Below are positions 8,825-17,709 of a DNA stretch of 64,000 nt, one piece after another; position 1 is the first letter of the stretch; the number at the start of each line of letters is the position of its first letter. The translations under genes were made by a program, and so were the position numbers. The stretch comes from Truepera sp. (GTDB lineage Bacteria > Deinococcota > Deinococci > Deinococcales > Trueperaceae). The notes below the pieces were generated by a model. That model had not been told where the DNA came from, ran no database searches, and saw only the letters and a list, made by a program, of their open reading frames with translations. Where the stretch lies: NCBI GenBank assembly GCA_965218435.1, contig CBDCKW010000009.1, forward strand, positions 2,048,001 through 2,112,000, written 5' to 3'.

Positions 8825-11207
8825 CCTTACCGACCACCACCGCAAGATGCTCGAGACCGAAAGCGGTATCAGCCCTAAAGTCATAGAATCACGTGGCTAC
8901 CGCACTGTTACCGTCAAAGCCGACCTCGCTAAACTCGGCTTTGCCCTTAGTCAGCAAAGCGTTACGGCCCTGCTCATCCCGATTCACGACCCGACCGGGC
9001 ACGTTGGAACCTACCAACTGAGGCCCGACAAACCGCGCACGATTAAAGGTCAGGGCAAAGAACGGATAGTTAAATACGAGACCGTCAAAGGCTCGAGCCT
9101 CACCCTTGACGTAAACCCGTTGTCACTCAACAAACTAGGCGACCCGGCCACGCCTTTGTGTATCACCGAGGGCTCAAAAAAGGTTGACGCACTCGCGTCT
9201 CGCGGCCTCTGTGCGCTTGGGCTTATGGGCGTGTGGGGCTGGAGGGGGACGAATCCGAACGGCGGCAAAACTGCGCTGCCTGCCTGGGAAAACGTAGCTT
9301 TGAACGGGCGCACCGTTTACCTTTGCTTTGATTCGGATGTCACGACGAAGCGTGAAGTTTACGCTGCGCTCGAGCGGCTTAAAGCGTTCTTAGAGTCTCG
9401 TGGTGCATCCGTCCGCATCATCTATCTACCCGACGATGGCGACGCGAAAACTGGCGTTGACGACTACCTCGTTCAGGGTCACGACGTTGGCGACCTCTTG
9501 AAACTCGCTTCAGATGAGCTTAAGCCACCACCCCACGATAACGTAAGCTCAGATGAAATCGTCATCAACCGTCAGGTCAAAGAGGTTGTGACCGACATCT
9601 CGACTCGGCTTAAAGGCTTAGAGCTTAACGGGCAACCGCTCATTTATTCACGTGGCGACGGGCTCTTGGTGGAGATGCGCGAAGGTTTCGAGCTGAGAGA
9701 AATCACTAAGCCCGACAGTCTTAAGGCATTACTACATGACCACCTCGAGCCCGTCTTGGAAAAGACGCTGCAAAGCGGTGAGGTCATCACGACCCCTTCA
9801 GTTTTCAGCGCGAATCACACGGCGCTGCTGACGCGCAAGACTGCAGAGTTTCCGCCGATTAAAGCAGTGAGCGACATCCCTTTGATGCTCCCAAATGGGG
9901 CGATTTTAAGCGAGCCTGGATACCACCGAGAGCACGAGCATTTTCTCAACACTGCCGGGATAACAGTTGAACTTATGCCCTGGCAAGAGGCTCGAGCCCT
10001 ATTCCTGGAAACGTTTAACGAGTTTTCTTACCAAGCGCCGAAAGCTGGGTTCACAGCTACTTTGGCGTTCGTTTTGCAGGCCTTTTTGATGCTGGTCATA
10101 GACGACCACACACCCTTATACGCGATACTCGGCTCCAGACGCGCCGGGAGCGGAACGGGTAAGGGTTACCTACTCGACTGCATTTACCGGATTCAGCGGG
10201 GCCGTCCTTATACTCACGACGGCGCGATGCCCGCAACAGATGAAGAGATGGGTAAAGTCCTCTTCTCAGCTTTAAGTGAAGGTGCCTCGCACATCATCTT
10301 TGATGATATTGACCACCTGAAACACCGTCAGCTTATGGCAGCCATCACGAGCCGGACGTACAAGGGCCGCATCCTGGGGGTAAGTCAACGCCATGAGGTG
10401 AGCACGGCTGTCACCTGGGCCGTATCGGGCAACGCGCCCGATATTCACCGGGACTTTTATAGGCGCGTCATCCCGATTTATCTCGGTGTCGGTAAAGCCC
10501 GCGCATGGGAGCGTTCCTATACCCGGCCTGACCTCAACCGCTACATCCTAGAAAACCGGAACCTTTACATCTCGGCTGCACTCAGCATCTTGGAACACTG
10601 GCGTTCTCTTGGAATGCCTCTCTCTACGGGGGTCATACGGGGGTTTGACCGGTGGTCTGCGGTGATGGGCGGGGTACTCGAGTCCATCGGGCTAACGCAC
10701 CTTTTAGAAGCCCGTGTTGGTCTCGACACGCTTATAGAGGTGGACAACTCAGACTTAGACCTATTGATAGACGCTTGGCAAGGGTGCAGCTTAGCGGACA
10801 AAAAACTGAAGGGCAAAGACCTCTTGAACCTTGCCGCAGGGCATGAGCTATTCACTGAACTTTATGAAGGGCGAACAGAGGCAGCCGGTGCCGGTGAGTT
10901 GGGCAAGTTCTTGAAACCCTACGCGAACGATGTTTTTAAGGGTCACTATCTGCGCCGTGAGTTTGATTCGGACTCTAAGACCTGGCGCTACTTTTTAGAG
11001 CCGGTGCCCGATGCACCGAAACTACTTTCCGAGGTGTTTAATTTCTCAGCTCTTGAAACTTCGGCTGAACACCCCCGTGAGACCCCCGTAAACCTAGAAG
11101 GCGGTGAGGTTACGGGGGTGCTACGGGGGTCTGGCGGCGAAGTTTCAAGAGACAAAGATAATGACGAACTCTCCTACCTTGTCGGTAGTACGGAGGGTGA
11201 GCTGTGA
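8814..11207 (+). CDS. DUF3854 (TOPRIM-like) primase fused to a P-loop NTPase/helicase; replication protein
   Basis: ITEGSKK..GVWGW, CFDSD, KTGVDDYL; Walker A GSGTGKG, Walker B IIFDD; GTG start at 8814 inferred. Confidence 0.85.
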   Translation: MDANLTDHHRKMLETESGISPKVIESRGYRTVTVKADLAKLGFALSQQSVTALLIPIHDPTGHVGTYQLRPDKPRTIKGQGKERIVKYETVKGSSLTLDVNPLSLNKLGDPATPLCITEGSKKVDALASRGLCALGLMGVWGWRGTNPNGGKTALPAWENVALNGRTVYLCFDSDVTTKREVYAALERLKAFLESRGASVRIIYLPDDGDAKTGVDDYLVQGHDVGDLLKLASDELKPPPHDNVSSDEIVINRQVKEVVTDISTRLKGLELNGQPLIYSRGDGLLVEMREGFELREITKPDSLKALLHDHLEPVLEKTLQSGEVITTPSVFSANHTALLTRKTAEFPPIKAVSDIPLMLPNGAILSEPGYHREHEHFLNTAGITVELMPWQEARALFLETFNEFSYQAPKAGFTATLAFVLQAFLMLVIDDHTPLYAILGSRRAGSGTGKGYLLDCIYRIQRGRPYTHDGAMPATDEEMGKVLFSALSEGASHIIFDDIDHLKHRQLMAAITSRTYKGRILGVSQRHEVSTAVTWAVSGNAPDIHRDFYRRVIPIYLGVGKARAWERSYTRPDLNRYILENRNLYISAALSILEHWRSLGMPLSTGVIRGFDRWSAVMGGVLESIGLTHLLEARVGLDTLIEVDNSDLDLLIDAWQGCSLADKKLKGKDLLNLAAGHELFTELYEGRTEAAGAGELGKFLKPYANDVFKGHYLRREFDSDSKTWRYFLEPVPDAPKLLSEVFNFSALETSAEHPRETPVNLEGGEVTGVLRGSGGEVSRDKDNDELSYLVGSTEGEL
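10625..11151. repeat. Iteron pairs (ACGGGGGT) and ~100-bp palindrome; putative replication origin
   Basis: Pairs at 10625/10636, 11071/11082 (inverted), 11111/11122; 14-bp outer inverted repeat 11050-63/11138-51. Confidence 0.65.
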
Positions 11208-11572
11208 CCTTAAGAGAAAAGCTCGAGCATCAAGGGGTGACCCTTGCCCCTAAGCTCACCTACCAAAGTGCCGCGCCCCTAGACGCTGAAACACTCGCAC
11301 TACTCAAAACCCATAAAGACGACCTGCTGAGAGACCTTATCGTCTCGACCGGATACAGCACCCCGGAACGTCTGCCCTGGCAGTTGGAACGCCTCATCAG
11401 CGCCGCGTGTGCCGACGCGCTGCCCCAAGGCACGGTCACACTACCCTCTGGACTCGTGCCCGACCTTAATCGTTATGTTTTAGGTTGGGGTTGCAGCTAT
11501 CTTGTCAGCGACCGTATAGAAGCCGAAAAGCGTCTCTGGGAAGCCTACCGAGCGTGGCAGGGGGTCAACTGA
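11204..11572 (+). CDS. Hypothetical protein
   Basis: GTGA overlap with the primase gene, GGAGG RBS. Confidence 0.7.
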   Translation: MTLREKLEHQGVTLAPKLTYQSAAPLDAETLALLKTHKDDLLRDLIVSTGYSTPERLPWQLERLISAACADALPQGTVTLPSGLVPDLNRYVLGWGCSYLVSDRIEAEKRLWEAYRAWQGVN

Positions 11573-11573
11573 G

Positions 11574-11804
11574 ATGCCCCGCAAAACACTTCCGGCACAA
11601 CCGCCGCTCTTCCCTAAACGGACGATTACGCCGATTAAAGAAGGTGACGCCCTAGATTTCGCCGACCTTGCACCCTACCTTTACCGCTGTCGGTGCGGAC
11701 ACCGTGCCGAAACCCGTAAGCCTTTACCGGCTGTGACCTGCTCAAAATGCGGCGCTGCAATGCCGCTCGACTCTGAAGCCTCAGCCCACTTACGAAAGGA
11801 TTGA
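11574..11804 (+). CDS. Small zinc-ribbon protein
   Basis: CRCGH...CSKC; tightly packed in the operon. Confidence 0.6.
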   Translation: MPRKTLPAQPPLFPKRTITPIKEGDALDFADLAPYLYRCRCGHRAETRKPLPAVTCSKCGAAMPLDSEASAHLRKD

Positions 11805-12244
11805 CCATGACCGACATTCATAATCTCCATTATAAACTCTCCGAAGCGACCGCCGAATTGACGCAGATTCGGGAACGCCGCACTACTCTCGAGGCTGAAC
11901 TTGCCACCCTCACGCCGCTGGAAACCGAGCTGAGCAATCGGGCTACATCCTTAACGGCTGAACTCCAGCGCCTCGAGCCACCCGCCCCGCGTCCTCAAGA
12001 CGTTGAACGCCTTGCGAGGCTGACCGAAGCCTTGCGTTCTAAGCTCTCTGAAGCCGACCGCCGTTCACCGACCGTTCAACGGGTCAGGGCTAGTCTCGAG
12101 CGTCTCACCGACGAAAGCGTGACCGTCTCCGACCGCTTAAGCCTCGCCTTATCCCTGCTTGACGACCTTAAGAATCACTATCAGCTCGACCGTCGACTTT
12201 GGGATAAAGCTGAAGGTCACAACGCTGCTCAAAGGGGTCGCTAA
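11801..12244 (+). CDS. Coiled-coil hypothetical protein
   Basis: Heptad-rich L/E sequence; AAGGA RBS. Confidence 0.65.
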   Translation: MTMTDIHNLHYKLSEATAELTQIRERRTTLEAELATLTPLETELSNRATSLTAELQRLEPPAPRPQDVERLARLTEALRSKLSEADRRSPTVQRVRASLERLTDESVTVSDRLSLALSLLDDLKNHYQLDRRLWDKAEGHNAAQRGR

Positions 12245-12246
12245 TC

Positions 12247-12729
12247 ATGCCCCGTGTTTGCACTATCTGTAGCCACGCTGAACGCGATTCTGTTGACCTC
12301 CTCTTGCTCGAGGGGGCGTCAATACGCGCCATAGCGCGACAGTTTTCACTGAGCAAAGATGCGCTTTCACGCCATAAAGAGAGTCATCTGCCCGGACAAC
12401 TTGCACGGGCTCATGAGGCGAGCGAAGCCGTCAGCGCCGGTACGCTTTTAGACCGGTTGAGGCAGATAACCAGCGAGACTCACGCCGTCTTAAAAGCATC
12501 GAAGCAGGGTAAAAATCCCGAGCTTTCCTTGAAAGCAATCGCTCGACTTGAACGTCAGCTCGAGCTTGAAGCCCGGATGTTGGGAGAGCTTCAGGACAGC
12601 GCCACCACGACGATAAATGTTTACAGCACCCCGGAATGGCTCGTTTTGAGGTCTACCATCCTGAGCGCCTTGACACCTTTTCCAGACGCGGCGAAGGCTG
12701 TAGGAGCGGCCTTGAATGAACATAGTTGA
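12247..12729 (+). CDS. Zn-finger/HTH protein, putative terminase small subunit
   Basis: CTICSH, HTH SIRAIARQFSLSKDALSRH, helical C-terminus; directly upstream of and overlapping the TerL ATPase gene. Confidence 0.65.
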   Translation: MPRVCTICSHAERDSVDLLLLEGASIRAIARQFSLSKDALSRHKESHLPGQLARAHEASEAVSAGTLLDRLRQITSETHAVLKASKQGKNPELSLKAIARLERQLELEARMLGELQDSATTTINVYSTPEWLVLRSTILSALTPFPDAAKAVGAALNEHS

Positions 12730-13477
12730 CGATTTGAGATTTGCCTTAGACCCGGCTGTTTTTGCACTCGAGGCGCTAGGTTTAAGGCTAGACCCGTGGC
12801 AACGCGAGGCAGTCAGCTCAGCTTCAAAACGCGACCTTTTTAACTGCGCACGTCAATCTGGAAAATCAACCGGGGCGGCGGTAATCGCTCTGCATGAGGC
12901 TTTGTACAAACCGGGTTCACTTACCCTGCTTATCTCACCTTCACAGCGGCAATCATCGGAATTATTCCGCAAGGTCACAGAACTTCGGGAACTGCTACCG
13001 ACCGCACCGGAATTGACAGAGGACAACAAGCTCAGCTTGACGATTCAAGGCGGCGGTAGAGTCCTCTCCCTACCCGGTTCCGAGCAAACGATTCGGGGCT
13101 TCTCAGGTGCAACCTTAGCGGTACTGGACGAAGCAAGCCGCATACCTGACGAGTTGTACTTCAGCGTCCGGCCCATGCTTGCAACCCGTCAGGGGCGCAT
13201 GATTCTGATGAGCACACCTTTTGGGAAAAGAGGCTTTTTTTGGGCTGAATGGTCTGGAATCTCCCCCTGGAACCGGGTAGAAATCCCGGCTTCAGCCGTG
13301 CCGAGAATTACCCCGGAGTTTCTAGCGGAGGAAAAGGCGAGCCTGGGCGATTGGTGGTTTCGCCAAGAATACGGCTGTCAATTTTTGGAATCTACCGATT
13401 CGGTATTCTCCCATGACTCGGTGATGAACGCGCTCGACGATAGCGTCAAACCCTTGTTTGGAGACTCCCATGCTTGA
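12716..13477 (+). CDS. Terminase large subunit, stand-alone ATPase domain
   Basis: Q-motif DPWQ, Walker A ARQSGKST, Walker B AVLDEA, motif III STP, FRQEYGCQF. Confidence 0.9.
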   Translation: MNIVDDLRFALDPAVFALEALGLRLDPWQREAVSSASKRDLFNCARQSGKSTGAAVIALHEALYKPGSLTLLISPSQRQSSELFRKVTELRELLPTAPELTEDNKLSLTIQGGGRVLSLPGSEQTIRGFSGATLAVLDEASRIPDELYFSVRPMLATRQGRMILMSTPFGKRGFFWAEWSGISPWNRVEIPASAVPRITPEFLAEEKASLGDWWFRQEYGCQFLESTDSVFSHDSVMNALDDSVKPLFGDSHA

Positions 13478-14180
13478 ACCGACTGCTAAGACAGCCTCTA
13501 CCCCTGTAACCTTACAGACCCGCGCCCCTGTCTACCTTTTAGGCTGCGACTTAGGTCAGGCTCAAGACTTTACGGCGCTCACGGTGCTCGAGCAAAGCTT
13601 CATAGATACCGGGAAAACCGAAAGCTACGGCCTACCGTCCCCTACGATTAGAGGGCGTCCGCTGCGGCCCATGCCGACCCGCCCGGTCTACCAACGCCTT
13701 TACGCCGCCCGTCACCTCGAGCGTCTACCCAAAAACACGAGCTACCCCAAACAGGTTGAGCGAGTCGCTGAGCTTTACGAATCCCTTACCGCGATGAACG
13801 GCGTAAGACCTCACCTGATTGTGGACGCGACCGGCGTAGGTGCTGCTGTCGTTGATTTACTGCGGCTTGCCAGACTGAACCCTATCGCGGTCACGATTAC
13901 CGCAGGTGACGCGACCTCTTCAGATGGTGACAGCTTCAGAGTCCCCAAGAAAGACCTCGTGGCGACGATAGCGGTGCTCTTACAGTCCGAACGGTTAAAG
14001 GTTGCCAAAGCCTTACCCGACGCCCAAACCCTTATAGATGAACTGCTGGCGTTCAAAGCTCATATCAATCAGCGGGGTCATGCAAGCTTTGGAAACGATG
14101 TTGGGAGCTGGAGAGAAGCGCCGCATGATGACCTTGTGCTGAGCGTGGCACTGGCGTGCTGGTATGGCGAGAGTAGGTGA
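13470..14180 (+). CDS. Terminase large subunit, stand-alone RNase H-like nuclease domain
   Basis: GCDLG..QDFTA, IVDATGVG, HDDLVLSVALA; own GGAG RBS at 13460. Confidence 0.85.
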   Translation: MLEPTAKTASTPVTLQTRAPVYLLGCDLGQAQDFTALTVLEQSFIDTGKTESYGLPSPTIRGRPLRPMPTRPVYQRLYAARHLERLPKNTSYPKQVERVAELYESLTAMNGVRPHLIVDATGVGAAVVDLLRLARLNPIAVTITAGDATSSDGDSFRVPKKDLVATIAVLLQSERLKVAKALPDAQTLIDELLAFKAHINQRGHASFGNDVGSWREAPHDDLVLSVALACWYGESR

Positions 14181-14294
14181 CGCAAAACTTACGCGAGAGC
14201 TCGAGGCACGACTCATCCGCAGCACTCAGCACACGACAGGCGAGCTGCCAACGGTTCACAATGACACCTCTCAGGCCTCGAGCAGTCCTAACCC

Positions 14295-14331
14295 GACCCG
14301 AAGGGGAGATAGCACCACTCCCCTTCGGGTC
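14295..14331. terminator. Perfect 14-bp hairpin between convergent units
   Basis: GACCCGAAGGGGAG-9nt-CTCCCCTTCGGGTC. Confidence 0.55.
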
Positions 14332-14363
14332 ACACCTTTACATTCGATTAGTGGACTAGCGTG

Positions 14364-14798
14364 CTAGGTCGCTTCAAAGTATTCGTCTAGAACAATGGTT
14401 TTCAAAGCTATCAAGGTATCCGCGATTATTAGGTGGTGGCGTTGTTGAGATGCCGACCCAAATTGCTTTTTTAAGAAGTCGGTGCACAAATCCGATTTCG
14501 TTCTAAAAGCCTTCGCGCTACTGGCTTCGATAGCCAAGCTTAAAATTCTTTGAGTCTCTCGACCAAACTGAATACTGAAGCCCAACTTATCCTGATAGAC
14601 GTGCCCTGCACGTTCTTGTGTGTCGTACACGTAATCAACCTTTAGGATGTCGCTATCTATCCTCGCCTCCGCATTCTCAGGCAGATAGATATGTGACAGC
14701 GTCCGAATCTCATACTGTCGTTTTCCTAAAAGCGGGTTTGCGTCCGATGTTGCGTGCCTTCCACCGAACGATAGCGGCAGCTTTTGCGTCTCGGTCAC
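14364..14798 (-). CDS. Hypothetical protein, partner of the 2TM-GAF-like gene
   Basis: 144-aa ORF 9 nt downstream of the upstream gene, GGAG RBS. Confidence 0.65.
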   Translation of the reverse strand: MTETQKLPLSFGGRHATSDANPLLGKRQYEIRTLSHIYLPENAEARIDSDILKVDYVYDTQERAGHVYQDKLGFSIQFGRETQRILSLAIEASSAKAFRTKSDLCTDFLKKQFGSASQQRHHLIIADTLIALKTIVLDEYFEAT

Positions 14799-14807
14799 GG
14801 GCGGCTC

Positions 14808-15662
14808 CTAAAGGGTTCGATTTAACATTGTAGCGTAGTCGTCAATCCTTCTTTGTACGCTTGGCTTATCAAAAGGACAACGTTCCTGAACGCTGTCGAT
14901 AACGAGTACCCCAACGCGGGCGCTCGTTTTTGGGTTGACTAACGGTACAGCATGAAAGTGCCGAGCGATGACATGAAGCCGTTTCACAGTAGCTGGCGTT
15001 GAATAGGTTTCAAGTAAATAGGTATGGACTTGAGCAGGCATCGGCCCGTCGAGATGCAGAGCAGAAAGGTCGAGGGCGCGGATGTCAGGCAAGTCGCGTT
15101 TTGTGACTACATCGCCTGTTTGCATGACATGAGAAGCGACGCTCTCGCAATCCTCTCTTGTTGCAGGGTTGTAATGGAAAAATGTACCCGAGTTATTGTA
15201 CTCGGTTCCTATTCTCTGAGTGATGTGGACAAACCGATACTGAAAAATCTTACGCGGCTTCATCCGCGTGCTTTTCTTGCGCCCTCTAGCTCGCCGATTA
15301 CACGTCATAATGAAGACCTGAACCCATATATATCGGGCCATCCACCAATTTGCTTTTCTAAAAATCGTTATGCGAAGTTCAGTTTTTTCATTGTCGAATA
15401 GCTCGGAGCGCATATCCTCTAAAATAGCCTCTCGAATTCTCCGCAGTTTTCCACGGGGTTCAGCGAAAAAGCCGCCCCAACTATTGATTATTACGGACAC
15501 AGTTATTAGAGCCGCAATTATCCACCATTTATGCGTAAAGGCGAAATCATTAAGCGCCTGCTGTATCGGGTCAGGGTACTTAGCAGGTTTGACCTGCGCA
15601 AAAAATGCTGTGGCGATAGTTACAAGAGTAAGTATGACGACAAGCCAAAGGGGACGACGCAT
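14808..15662 (-). CDS. 2TM protein with C-terminal GAF-like domain (candidate defence protein)
   Basis: Two N-terminal TM helices; ELRITIFR, FHAVPLV...VGVLVIDS GAF-like strands; start at 15662 inferred. Confidence 0.65.
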   Translation of the reverse strand: MRRPLWLVVILTLVTIATAFFAQVKPAKYPDPIQQALNDFAFTHKWWIIAALITVSVIINSWGGFFAEPRGKLRRIREAILEDMRSELFDNEKTELRITIFRKANWWMARYIWVQVFIMTCNRRARGRKKSTRMKPRKIFQYRFVHITQRIGTEYNNSGTFFHYNPATREDCESVASHVMQTGDVVTKRDLPDIRALDLSALHLDGPMPAQVHTYLLETYSTPATVKRLHVIARHFHAVPLVNPKTSARVGVLVIDSVQERCPFDKPSVQRRIDDYATMLNRTL

Positions 15663-15790
15663 ATAAAGTTCGTTACCACTATACCTTAACTCTTCTAACA
15701 TGACGTAAACAGACCTTAGTTCCATTAAAAGAGTGCTTATACACCGTTTTGGTGTTAATTCCTTGTACAACAACATGGTGTAATAACGTT

Positions 15791-16027
15791 ATGAATAGAC
15801 AAGTACGTAGTGCTGCCCGCCAAGCCGTTTCGGGGCAGGGGCTTACCCAAGATAAGCTCGCCAAGCGTGCGGGGCTGTCGCAGCAAGCGGTAAGCCGCAT
15901 CCTCAACAACGACCGTACGGGCAACCCAGATTCTTGGGATAGAATCCTCGACGCCCTCGACCTAAAACTCGCCGCGATACCAAAGAACGCAGACATCGAA
16001 CAACTCTTCGACAGGAAAGGGGAATAA
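15791..16027 (+). CDS. XRE/Cro-type HTH regulator
   Basis: LTQDKLAKRAGLSQQAVSRILN. Confidence 0.85.
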   Translation: MNRQVRSAARQAVSGQGLTQDKLAKRAGLSQQAVSRILNNDRTGNPDSWDRILDALDLKLAAIPKNADIEQLFDRKGE

Positions 16028-16029
16028 AT

Positions 16030-16773
16030 ATGGCACGACGGCGCACAAGCAAACGGGCAAAAAATGAGGGCTCAGTCTTCGAGCTACCAAATGGCACATG
16101 GCGGGGCAAGGTCACGACCGGTTATGACGACGAAGGTAAGTAAAAGTTCCGTTGGGTCTCAGGTAAAACGCAGGGTGAGGCGCTGGCTAAAGTAGCGGAG
16201 ATAAAGCAGCGGCTTGTGAGCGGCACCTATACCGATACTAAGCTCACGGTAGCGGAATATCTTGAACGGTGGCTAGAGGAGAAGAAGCGCACGCTAAAAG
16301 CCTCTACGCTGGAACAGTACGAAAGTTGCATCAACTGTTCAATCGTGCCGCTAATCGGTAAGGTCAAACTCGACAAGCTCACACCTTTACAGGTGCAAAA
16401 CCTTGTGAACGGGATACACGACGTTTCAGGAGCCGCTCGAGCTGCAAAGTGTCGCACTGTCCTCTTCAGCGCCTATAAACAGGCGATTCGCTGGCAACTC
16501 GTGACCCGGAACCCGGTAGAGGCAACCGACCCGGTAAAGGAACCGCATCGGGAGATGACCTTATGGGAGCCGGAACAAGCGGCGCGGTTTCTCGACACCG
16601 CCCGGTCACACCGGCTGTTCGCGTTCTTTTACCTGAGCATGGCGACCGGCCTACGCCGTGGGGAGCTGCTAGGTCTGCGTTGGGTTGATATAGAGGGGAA
16701 CCTGCTACACGTCAAGCAAACACTCGTTAAGGTTGGGAGTAAGCTTATCCTCTCAACACCGAAAACGCGCTAA
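16030..16773 (+). pseudogene. Tyrosine integrase pseudogene (internal TAA at 16141, truncated after PKTR)
   Basis: NEGSVFE...GTYTDTKLTVAEYLERW...TGLRRGELLGLRW; close paralog of 19932-21125. Confidence 0.92.
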
Positions 16774-16836
16774 GGCTCGAGCCAGTAGCCTTACTTAAAG
16801 GAAAACACTTGAGCAAACATATAGAGAGAGGATTAG

Positions 16837-17709
16837 ATGACGATTTCAGAAGCGTTTGAAACGTTTTTAAGGAATCTCGAGGTTAAAAATCAAGACGACA
16901 TCCGCTTGCGTTACCGAAACATCACTAAAAGTGTAAACCGGGAATTCAGAGGTTCTGACTCGGAAACTGAGAACAGTTTATATCTTGGCTCTTACGCTAG
17001 AAACACTGCCATTAACGGCTTCAGCGACCTAGACATGGCTGTTATTTTGCCAGAGGCTGAGAAGGAGCGAGTCGAGAGCATCTACACCTATCCTCAGAGC
17101 GCGCTCCTAAGAAGTGTAAAGACGGCTTTGGAAAAAACCTACCCGCGAACTGAGATGCGGGCGGACGGACAAGTAGTAGTAGTGCTGTTTAGCGACGGGA
17201 TGCAGATTGAGGTTGTCCCGTTCATAGAACGGTCAAGCTCGCGTGGCTTCTACTTCCCGGACACGCACGACGACGGCTCCTGGAAAGAAACCGACCCAAA
17301 AGGCGAGCAAGAAACGTTTTTCGACCTAAGCCGGATTGCGAATGGAAACGCTGTAAAAATAGGCCGCATTATGAGGGCTTGGCGCAGGAAGCACAATGTA
17401 CCTATTAGCGGTATCCTATTAGATACCTTTATAACCCGGTTTTTGATTGAAAACCATTATGGGTTTGGTTCGTTTTATATGTGTGATTGGATTTGCCGAG
17501 ATTTTTTTCGTTACTTGTCGGAATTGCCGAAGCGGGGAGCATGGTCATCGCCGCGACACACTTACATGATAAAAGAGAAAGGAGATTTCCGACCCTCGGC
17601 TCGTGAGGCTTACAACATCACCCAAGAGGTTAAGAGTTCAATCGAATTTGACTTTGATGATTGCTGGGAATGGAGACGTATTTTCGGTGACGATTTCCCA
17701 CTCACCTAA
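16837..17709 (+). CDS. SMODS / CD-NTase-like nucleotidyltransferase
   Basis: GSYARNTAI..SDLDM, DGQVVVV, IEVVP, FPDTHDDGSWKETDP, WRRIFG. Confidence 0.88.
   Translation: MTISEAFETFLRNLEVKNQDDIRLRYRNITKSVNREFRGSDSETENSLYLGSYARNTAINGFSDLDMAVILPEAEKERVESIYTYPQSALLRSVKTALEKTYPRTEMRADGQVVVVLFSDGMQIEVVPFIERSSSRGFYFPDTHDDGSWKETDPKGEQETFFDLSRIANGNAVKIGRIMRAWRRKHNVPISGILLDTFITRFLIENHYGFGSFYMCDWICRDFFRYLSELPKRGAWSSPRHTYMIKEKGDFRPSAREAYNITQEVKSSIEFDFDDCWEWRRIFGDDFPLT

Noticed and set aside
14177..14359. 60-67 aa ORFs after the terminase nuclease gene
   Set aside because: No recognisable motif and they span the hairpin; cannot be supported, though GTGA coupling at 14177 is noted
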